Below are positions 53,861 to 64,000 of a stretch of DNA of 64,000 nucleotides, piece after piece (the stretch's first letter is position 1; every line of letters begins with the position of its first letter). The notes beneath the pieces are model-generated. The model was not told where the DNA came from and did not search any database. It worked only from the letters and a program-made list of their open reading frames with translations. The stretch is from Hydrolagus affinis (lineage: Eukaryota), in contig JAAILG010000930.1 of NCBI GenBank assembly GCA_012026655.1, forward strand, positions 1 through 64,000, written 5' to 3'. Position numbers and translations under genes: made by a program.

Positions 53861-56800
53861 TTTATTGTTACACCCAATAGGTAGGAGCTCACGAAGGAAG
53901 TAGTATTTCTTTCCTGTTCAGTTACACCATTAGATTATGAGTCGGGGCACAAACTTTGTTCTTTCAACTCTGTATAGGACCAGAAAGAACCACCATCTGG
54001 TTGATCCCCAAGTAAAAATAAATAAAACTCACTCTGTCTCCTACTTGTCAATCTTTTTTGCAAGATGAATGTCTAATTTCCCAAAGCCTGCAGGGCATAG
54101 GGTACTGCATGTGTAAACTTTAGAAGGCAGAAAAGATAGAGACAAATATTAATTAAGTTAAAAATAGTAGATCAATGAATAGGAGAAAGTAGAATGGGGC
54201 AAAAAGGAAACAGGGCGGGTACAGTACAGATTTTAACATTTTTACTTGAATTGCTTTGTGTTATTTTAAGGGTCCGTTGTCTAATATTACAGCAATAATA
54301 TTAGCGCTCTGAAACGCTGTCTGGCGTGGAGGGCGCTGTATAAATCGAAGTTGTTGTTGTTGTAGCAATATCTATTCCTGTGATTTCAGTGCATAAATGC
54401 ACAAGTTAAAAACAAGCAGCTTGAAACAGTGGCCTCTAATAGACCTCTAAGGACCCTAGGGGGTTAAAAGTCAGATATATAATTGTTGTGAAATAGTTTG
54501 AAAATGTGCCTATGTTTACCTTAGGCAGCTAACCCTTTAACTGTAATCCTAAAATGCGTCTCCCTGTACTTGACACTGATCCCTCCCCCAAGGGCATTTA
54601 GGAGGTTGTTTACCTCAATTTTATCGCTGCCTTAATATAGCCGGGATTCTGATGTGAGAGCTTCCTTGGGCTCTTTGCTCCAGTCTCCTCGGTCTGTGCT
54701 CCAGATGAAAGAATACTTCACTCACACAGACAGATTCTGCAAATTTGCAGATCAATTTTTCAAGGAATTCATTCCATTGCTGGAATGAATATAACAGGTT
54801 CCCAGTCAACCAATGCCAATTACCCTTCAATGTTTCAGGCCTCAACCACACACCGCCCACATGCATGAAGCAGCACTCTTTCCTGTTGGGTTTAATTCAG
54901 GAATTTCATTTCAGTCATTGACACAATCACAAGACAAGTACAATCACACAGGTTATACACCAAGAAAAAGTTCAATCCAGTAAATTTGGGCAAAATACTT
55001 TACAAACTGAAGTAGCTCAAAACAGCAGGACTGCGGAATATTTGAAAATTCTGATGTACGTGGCTGAAGAAAAGTATCAAACTGGGCTTTTCAAACTATA
55101 GTTTCAGTCAATCATGGCTTGATACAATCAAGCAGTAGCCATAATTTTTTGCCATGCTGAGAGAAGTAGACTTAGGCTGTTTGTCTATGGCTTGGCTGCC
55201 TGTACTGTACGAAGATTCAATGAATTCTAGTATTAGACATTTTGCAGCCTTAAAAAATATCCAGATAGAACCATGAGCACAGTAGCCATTTCTGTGCTGG
55301 GCAAACTGCCCGATGACAATGAGCAATTGTACTACAATGAGCACAAACGTTGTATATGGGAATCGCAGAGAATATGAATCTGCAAAATGCAACGATTAAT
55401 CCCAAACCCCTTTGGGACGTGAGGAGACTATGTTATATTCACGAGGATCTTGTACCATATTTTGGCACAGCAGCTATGAAGGAAAAAAAATTAACTTTGC
55501 AAATTATCCTACAGCTATATCTAAAAACCTACATTTGATTTCCTATTGAATCTGTTAAGGCACCTACGTACTGGGTAATCTGGAATTGTTGAACTAGATT
55601 TAAGTCTACCGCTATACAAGAACTTGGCTGCAAGAGAACAATGCGGTGCATAATTCAAACATTCCTACTAATGTTCATAACTTGTGAACTATGATTGTGT
55701 GCATCTGCAAAACAATAAAGCACAATGTAGACAGAGGCAATGTAGTGGCCTATACCAGTATATGCCCTTTGTGCATGCTACCTTTCAGTCTCTACAATGA
55801 AGAACTTGTGCTTTTTATAGCCTTACATTTCTGTTATGCCTGATTAAATTGTCAAATAGTACGCATAAATTTACAGGGCAGCGTGTACATTGATCTGCCT
55901 CTGCATCTGAGCCACGTGAAGTCAGGATTTAATTAAATTAATTGTAGCAGAATATTTTTAGTAAAAGGGCAATAGGCATATAGAACAAACTACCGGCACA
56001 AGTGACGACGGCAAAGAAACTACAAAGTAAAAGTTAAGTAAGTTTCTGTCGGCTAAAAGGTTCAGGGTCATTAGATTTAAACATAGATATAGAGAAAGAA
56101 TCTTGCGGGAAATTGGATGGCTAGGCCTCCCTGGAATGTTCACTGGAAATTTGTTGCTGGTAATTGCCGATCATTATATAAACATTATTGTGCAACTCCA
56201 CAGCCACCCCAATTACTACAACAAATTGCATTTGTGTTGCACCTTTCATGTTGGGAGGACCCCCAATTCCTCCTAAAACACAAACTAAGATTTAAAAAAA
56301 CTACAATATGAACCTAATATTTTTAACTACTAATTTCATTATTTTTTTGTAGATTTTCAGGATTTTAACTATTTATTTTTATCTCAATCCGAAGTTATTG
56401 TTGGATTTGATATCACTTGTCATTGCTTGTTAATAACATGGTGGAATAAGGTTTTTTTTTCAATTCAATTTGTTAACATCAAACAATTATATTTTCACCC
56501 ACACTTTCACCCAAGTGCTCCTCCGCTATATTCCTGCTTCAGTTAAAAAAAAGCTAAATTTTAGAAAATTGAAATGAGATGTTAGTTTTTTTTAATGTCA
56601 CAAGAATAACGGAGTGATCGTCTCTTAAATAACATTTAAAATATACTTGAAAGTTCTCAGGTCATCCTTTGGACTGTCCCAAGAGCATTCTGCAGAACAC
56701 AGTGGAGTGAGCACAGTCCAATTCTCACCCGCTGGGTGTACACTGCAGAGTGAATTGCACTGATCCTGAAACCACCTATTCTACATCGTGCCAGAAGCGC

Positions 56801-57984
56801 AGCTCCAACCCAATTCCCGCTGCCTCAACCCCCATTTATACTGAGAGTTTGGCAATTCGCCAGTAAAAGTGCAGTATAAACACAGCGTGAGAGTGTGCAC
56901 CTGGGTATCAGGTGGATTGTTCTATGTAAAGTCATGCATGTTATATGCGTTATATTCACGCTGCCTTGTTCTCCTGTTAATTTCCATGCACCTGTGATAA
57001 GTGCCCATGAGAAAGAGGAATCTTCAGTGAAAAGGGCCTTTCAATGATCCTGGGATTCTTAGTGGTACAACTGGGATGCTGTGATGAATGAGCTGGTGCA
57101 ATTTATAGCTGCTCAGTTATACAGGACAACAACTTGATTCACAGGGCAACCTTTTTCCTTTTCTTTGATTAATGAACCCTCAAACTTAATCACCAACTTT
57201 CATTGTAGAAGGATAAAACTTTTAGAAATTGTTACGCTTGTACTTGAAATAATCAACAAGAAAGATGATCATCTATTTAAACTTGAAACAAATCACCATT
57301 ATGGCTAAAACATTTTTTTTTAAATCTTCAATATCGATAATTGATACTGGTGCAAAATTTTATTCTACCAATCACTAATCTTTCCATTGGTCAGCTGGGT
57401 GCCTGATGTATGCATAAGCCCAGCATCATGCTTAGAAATATCCAAACCAAACTACTGAGAGCTCCATATATAAATATTTACATGCACATACAGTATTTCT
57501 GTATTTTGGAATTTGCATTTGTCTGGAATGGAATACACACACTCTCCCTAATCCCAAAAAATATTAGGCATGGGTTGGCAAGAGCCAAGACCTGTGGATC
57601 CCAGAGGGTGCTGGAGTTAACCATATAAAACTGTGCAGCTTGTCCATTGCAAACACTGTCTGGCAAGCTTCCTGCTGCTTGTCCAGCTGAGACCGCCCTA
57701 ACCTTTAGGGTTTGGGCTCGCACTGTTAACAGGAGTCTAGTGGGAAATACCCCAGTTCCCAATGACTGGCCTGCTCCTTCAGGTTATGCTGATTGAACCC
57801 AGGCTAGCCTTAATAAATTAAACAGACTCCCCCAAAAATTATCCTTGTGGAATTCCCAATCAAGTAGGTCACATCCTCAACTAAAGTAAAATAGTTTGGA
57901 AGTTGATGTCATTGTTTGCATTGCATCGTAATGCCAAAATCAATTGAGATGAGATGCCCATAGATTCAGCAATGAACGTACATT

Positions 57985-58172
57985 ATAAACTTATAAACTT
58001 ATAAAGCGCCTTTCACGTCGGGAGGACGTCCCAAGGCGCTGCACAGGAGGCCCGAGCTGGGAGGGGAGTGTTCGGGAAAGGGTGAAACACGTAGGGGAGG
58101 TCAAAAAGTTCGGGGGGGAACAAAAGGCACGGTCGAAGAGGAAAGTCTTCAAACCGGCCTTGAAAGAGGAAA
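57985..58172 (-). mobile_element. Relatively young L2 3' end
   Basis: ataaagcgcctttcacgtcgggaggacgtcccaaggcgctgcac...cggtcgaagaggaaagtcttcaaaccggccttgaaa; CpGs retained. Confidence 0.85.
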
Positions 58173-60399
58173 GGGTTACATTGTAACACCTCCTAATACT
58201 GAACAATCTGAATGCTATGGTACCTTGAAGCTTCAGCAGTCTCTGTGATTGTTTTCAGAGGATGGAATCAGTGGGAAGTTGAACAACGCCTTGATAAACT
58301 GACATGAAATCACTTCACAAAGATGTGTCTCAGTCTGGAACCCAGTGAAATAGGTGCCGGAGAAAAACACACAATTATGGTATTTTATTGAAATAATCCT
58401 GCACCCTCCACCCACCTATGAAATTACAAAGAAATATATATTTCCCCCAAAATGCTTTTTGTAGTTAAAGGAGACACTGCAATGATTTCTCTCTCTGTGA
58501 TTGTAATTGCCAAGGCAGTTTGTGGTTTTCTACAAAGTAAAATGTTTGCTCAATATGTACTCGATTATCAACTACATAGCCTCACAAAGCACTCTTAAAT
58601 ACTATGGGTCAGTTGTACACATCTTTTGGTCTTAGCTTCAGGTGAATAAAATCAAGTCCTCTTCTAACTAGTCTAACTTACCAGCCCCCTCTCCACCAAC
58701 CAGATACACTCAAACACACCACTTCATGTCGCTTTTCCTGCTGCTATGGTGGAAGCAAAATTTGTGTGTGCGCCTTTGGTGGTCAAAACCCATATTTACC
58801 CCAATTCGTGAGATGACAGCATGCTTATGACATGACATTAACTTTGCTGCACCAAGTCAAACATTTTGGCCATCGTGTATCTGCCAGGCAGATTGGAATG
58901 TCAGCTTGTACACAGATACCCAATCCATGAGCGCAGACAGCTCCCTACTGCTTGTCCATTTTGCTGCTTCAACAGGCCAAAAAAGCACAGCCCACCGCTT
59001 TAAGAATTTATATTTAGTTCCAGCACTGCAGTTGGAATTCTAGGAGATACTGCAATAGCAAAGATACTGCCCAAGGCAGAAAAAGATACAGGTGGAAAAA
59101 GTAAGGGGCAGGGTCAAAGAAAAGATTTATATTATCTACCGAGAAGGGGCAGAAGAATAATGCCTTTGCACTGAAGCAAAAGAAACAGCTGTTCACTTAG
59201 TAAAGCAATGGTCAGCATGCACTTCGGCACAAGACAGGTCGGATATAATAATCACAGAGCCATCTGCTGATCCACGTTTGTTTGCCTTTGGGGTGAAAGC
59301 TGCCTCTGACCTTCACCAACTTTATACCTTTTCATTTCTACCTACTGCTTCTTTTGTGCTGCGCTTATTTTGTTGTTGCTTCCAATCGTCATAAGCGAGC
59401 TGATATAAAAGTGCAAAATTTTATTGTGCAAAATATGTAATATGTAAAACTGAAACACTTGGTCATGCTAACCACATGTGTGTGTGTATATATGCCCAGC
59501 GACTGAACCTGAATAAATTGCAGTGATGTTGCCTTTGTCAACAATATTGAATGACCTTTAAACTACTGGAGCAAGTGAATCATCATTGATACAAGGAGGC
59601 ATCAGTTATTAAGATGAGAGTGGTGAGATTAAGCCAGTGGTGCGAAACTGGATGAGGTAAAGTGGAGAAATATATATAGCATACAGCTATTAGTATATAT
59701 AATGCTGAAGGCCAACACTCAAATAATGACAAAGGGTATTAAAAATAATACCAATTATTATTTCAGATTTCACAAATTACAGTAGAATATTACTGCAGAC
59801 GTTAAAAGGTAGTACGGTATTACTGTGCATTGTATGGTAATGCAAGGATAACATATAATTGTAGGATCCTGCCAAAACAAATTGAATATGACAAAATAGT
59901 GTGACTGCAGACAATGATGTTGAGCAGTGATATCCACCTGGAGATAAGTGGCTCCGAGGGGAAGTGTATGCCACAGCCCAGAAGGTCCACAAAAATTCCA
60001 ATAAAATTAGAAATACAGACATGTTCAAAAATGTGCAAGCCAAAGTCCCAGTAGTATGCCATCTGAGCAAGTCCATTCTTTAGATCACACTTTTTCTTTT
60101 AATGTTGTTAAAAGGTGAGATACTGACTGGTTCTTTAACAGCGTTAAAAAGCTTAAGAGTGGACCCAATGGAAAACTCAATATAAGATGCATTCAAAGGT
60201 TTGTAAACGTATGTAATTTTAGAGAATTATGGTACTGTACTTTAAAGGCTCAAATTGGTTGGATAATTAAACAGTGCAAAATGACAGCACAAAGTCTATT
60301 CCACACAAAACAAAATGATCAAACTCTCTTGATAGATCCCGAGTCATACAAACAAGAGACGGCACAAGTTCAAAGCTTGAACTGAGGGTGCTAATGTCA

Positions 60400-60655
60400 G
60401 AGTGTCAATCGGATAGCTCCAACTGGCATGAGGATTCCTTGGCGAGGGACAGAGGGGAAAATCAGCCAGGGAAACAAAAAAAATCAGCCAGGGTTACCAT
60501 TCTATTTTTAGTGATCTGTGTGAGATAGACCCCACTGTCTAGACACACTCTTGAAGAATGGCCACTGGATAAGATGCTGGAGGCTTGCCAGCACTCAATG
60601 AACCATACACAGCAGAAGTCAGCATCATCAGAAGAGAGAGAAAAAAATGGGAGAG
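60400..60655 (+). mobile_element. Ancient SINE relic resembling AmnSINE2
   Basis: aaatcagccaggg...cactgtctag...gaagaatggccactgg...ctggagg...gaacc...gtcagca.c.tcag.agag...aaaa.tggg matches my recollection of the AmnSINE2 consensus; not verified. Confidence 0.55.
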
Positions 60656-60909
60656 GGTTAAAAAGTCTATTAATACTTTAAATTGCCACTGTCGGACCCT
60701 TGTGGTATTATATGTTTAAAATCTCTCCTGGAATATATGTTTTTACAACAGATCCTTTGCACCAGGCTCTGTTTTCAGAGAATAAAATACCCCAGGTTAT
60801 GCCTTCCACATTTTATAACTAGCACACACTCATTGACCACTGAAGGAAATAACTAAGCTTGAAAGCATCTGTTTTAGTAACTATCGGAATTCCCTACAGT
60901 AGTCTTATG

Positions 60910-61025
60910 GATAATAATAATCCTTGCATTTGATATAGTGCTGTATCATGTCTTAAAAACGTCTCAAAGCTCTTCATAGAATATACTGTAAAGTGAATTG
61001 ACCGTATATTTTGTGGGTAAAATGC
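60910..61025 (-). mobile_element. SINE 3' end
   Basis: (aat)n ccttgcatttgatatagtgc...aatatactgtaaagtgaattgac. Confidence 0.85.
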
Positions 61026-61712
61026 AAAATATAGAATATATGTTAGATTTAATGCTGTGGGTAAAAGTCGACTCACTCACTGTAAGTGTGTAGCCCTTAC
61101 AATTTTCTAAGTAGAAGTTCAATGAAGGTGATCAGACACATCACTGACACACAGAGCTGCTTAAATTTTTCACTGAGGAGCAATTATTTTAGAAATTGTC
61201 ATTGCCTTTCACACAACTAAATGACTAAGGTTTTTAAGTGACAGTTCATTTTGTGTTGAATATTTGGGGTCTTTTATTTTCATCCTTTTGGATGAATTAT
61301 CTGTGATAATCCGCAAAATTAAACAAAGAAAGCAATACTTCTTTAAATACAAAATCACTGGCATTTTTAAATAGGCTGACAATTAAGTCCCTTTATCAGT
61401 CGGGTAATATGGACACCCATCAAAATGCTCAAAAGTATTCAAACTAAACTACTGAGTTCCACATCTGCATGGAAATTTCTATTTGACAGGTTTGGAATTC
61501 GCAATTTCTCCTCAATCTTCTGTATTCAGTTACATCTGCCAAGGGAAAAAAAAACCTGATGAAAATCCTTCTTCATCCATTCCTGCCTTTAGGCAGATGT
61601 GCAATTTATTCTATCCAGCAAGGGCACAAGTCTCATTTATAGCCTTTGACTTCCCTTTAGTACAGCGTGAAATTTAAAGAAACAACTCGATGTTGTAACA
61701 GGAAGGTGTTTG

Positions 61713-61808
61713 AATATATATATTGTATATTATGTATAAATATATATAGTACATGTAATATATATTACATATGTAATATATATTGTATATAGATAGATAC
61801 ACACACAC
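61713..61808. repeat. (AT)n-rich low-complexity tract
   Basis: Direct reading. Confidence 0.85.
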
Positions 61809-61879
61809 TTGAGGTCACAATTAATTAAAAAGAAATAACATAAATAAAGGTGCAGATACAAAAACAAATTTGTGTCTAG

Positions 61880-62050
61880 CCATATGAGATTTGGTAAGAT
61901 TTATTAAATCATAGTGGATCTTTTAAAACTATTTCCTTACATTTTCCACATACCCCTCAATGCCTTTGTTTCCCAAGTATGCGCTTATCTCCCCTCGCAA
62001 TCGATACGCCTCCATCGCTTTCTGGGTCAGTGCATTCCACATTTTCACAA
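61880..62050 (-). mobile_element. CR1 3' end fragment
   Basis: ttccacatacccctcaatgcc...cgcctccatcgctttctgggtcagtgcattccaca (reverse complement WNALTQKAMEA). Confidence 0.65.
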
Positions 62051-62129
62051 ATTCACTCGGCTGAGATTGGATTGAGCAAAATTCAGCTATAGCCCTAACA
62101 CTGTGCAATTAACCCTATTTCTTATGATG

Positions 62130-62426
62130 AATAATAATGCCTGCATTTGAAGTAGCGCTTTTCACCTCTTCTAGACGTCTCAAAGTGCTTCACAGAATAT
62201 ACTGTAATGTGAATTCACTGTACATTTGTGGGCAAAACGCTACAGCCAATTGCGCACAGCACTATATCACAAACAGTCGTGGATTGAAATGACCAACTCT
62301 TTATTGTTTTTTTCAAGGGATTATTATCAGGCGTGTGGAGTAAGGAAACTTGCCCAAGGTTTCGCCCTGCCTGGAATACAGGTCTCTTGTTTGCGAGGCG
62401 AGCGCACTAATCACTGAGCTGCAGGA
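62130..62426 (-). mobile_element. Full-length tRNA-derived SINE (same family as 20861-21174)
   Basis: Reverse complement cctgcagctcagtgattagtgcgctcgcctcgcaa...ccaggcagggcgaaaccttgggcaagtttccttactccac...(tta)n. Confidence 0.9.
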
Positions 62427-63044
62427 AGTTAGAAAGTAGGATATAACCCTGTTAGTTACCAGCTTGACCCTCGACTTTTCCCTCTGTCTAATAATAGAAA
62501 GTGGACAGTGACCACAGAACAGAACTCTGCATCAAAAGCTCATTGTTTTCAACTGTTGTGGCTTCACAGCATCCCTAATATATACTGTTCAGTACTAACA
62601 ATGGCAACTGCCAACCATCATTGATCAGGTAGTGCAGGTGCTCAGCAAGTCTTTAATCAATGTCTTTCTGCAAAGAAACGGGGGAAGAAAAAAACAACAA
62701 CTTTGAAATAGATACTCAGCGAGGAAGAATTCAGTGCTGTCAATGCTATCACAGTTGGTTTTGTCAAGGGGTATAATTTTGCACGCGTAAATGGAGTGGT
62801 TAACGTTTTCATTTGTATTAAGTTATTAAAGTGCAGAGCTGGTGCTGCAGAATTTATGTGCGCTTCTTTCCGAAGGATCTATTTCATCGCACAACTGTTA
62901 GCGTTTGTCCGACTAGATTTTGTCAAGGTCAGCCCCAGGTAGTAACCACACTTGTCCCATATTTTCTAAGATACCAGCGAGGAGAAATAAAAAATGTGGA
63001 ACCGTACTCGATTTGAGATTTTGTCTTCCAAAAAAAAGGAAGAA

Positions 63045-63910
63045 TGTCAAGATCATTTATATAAATGATCTGGTTTCTGGTATAAGAGACATCATTTCTA
63101 AGTTTGCAGGTGACACCAAAATCGGGAGCATAGATAACAGTGAAGAAGACTGCAAGCAACTTACGAGGACATAGACAAATGAGTACTGAGGGCAGAGAAA
63201 TGGCAGATGACATTTAAGAAAAGTGTGAGGTTATATATTTTGGGAGGAAGAATGAGGAGATGTATATGTTAAATGGTAAAAATTTTAAAAGGAGTAGAAC
63301 AGCTGAGTCCCAAGGGATAATATACATAAATCTTTAAAGTTGGGAAGACAGGTGGACAAGCCTGTGAAGAAAGCTAATAGGTTTTATAAATAGGGCCACA
63401 CAATGCAAGCCAAAAGAGGTGATGCTTAACTAGTATAAATCATTAGCTAAACCACAGTTTGAGTATTACATTATGGACACCCAACTTTAGGAAGGGTGTC
63501 ATTGCCCTAGAGGAGTACAGAGGAGATTTTACAGGTTAATATCAGGGATATGTCATTTGATCTTTCAGCAGGCGATAGAACAACCTGCCCAATTTCCACT
63601 GAAGTATGGAAGGTTTAGGGGCAGACCTAACAACAGATCTTTGATATCACGAGGAGATAATATTTTCACTCGTCAGTGAATGAGTGACTAGAGAGCATCA
63701 ATTTTAAATAACTTTCAAAGGAACACGGGAAAATTTGGAAGTTTTACACAGAGAGTTATTGGAGTGTGGAATACCCTGCCAAGAACAGTGGTTGGGACAG
63801 GATCCATTTTAGCTTTCAAGAGAGAATCAGACATTTGTGTGTATAGGACCTGAATGGATAGTTCTTTACGGGGAGAAGGGACTTGAAAACACATTGAAGA
63901 GATGAATGAC
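63045..63910 (+). mobile_element. Degenerate CR1 LINE, RT domain to 3' end
   Basis: IYINDL..GI...ISKFAGDTKIG (catalytic FADD mutated), AEKWQMTF, LYKSLxxPxxEY and VWNTLP..VV remnants; frameshifted. Confidence 0.9.
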
Positions 63911-64000
63911 GGTTGACATAAGCTTTATGAATCAAAGTAAACTGAAATAATATACTTGCGTTTGATAGTAGCACCTTAACACGTCTCTGAGACATCTCAA

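Noticed and set aside
45400-57872. RORE-like sites (tatttaggtca on minus at ~45403-45413; aagtaggtca at ~57862-57871) suggesting autoregulation
   Set aside because: Short motifs expected by chance in 64 kb of AT-rich DNA; no clustering

Overview
Vertebrate genomic DNA, most likely a cartilaginous fish such as Callorhinchus milii; this is inferred from the repeat landscape of tRNA/Deu-type SINEs with L2 tails, L2 and CR1 LINEs. The only confidently identified coding sequence is the first coding exon of the RORalpha1-type isoform of the nuclear receptor RORA on the minus strand (ATG 690, phase-1 donor after 543), inside a CpG-rich, microsatellite-flanked promoter. The remaining ~63 kb is upstream non-coding DNA filled with degenerate SINE/LINE fragments. 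Between them lie unique blocks that look like conserved non-coding elements. Points worth checking: a chain of minus-strand exon-like segments that could be an unannotated spliced transcript, an ~85-bp dispersed element present three times, modular SINE chimeras, AmnSINE2-like relics and a Helitron-like 5' end. Family and gene assignments are from recall, not from database searches.
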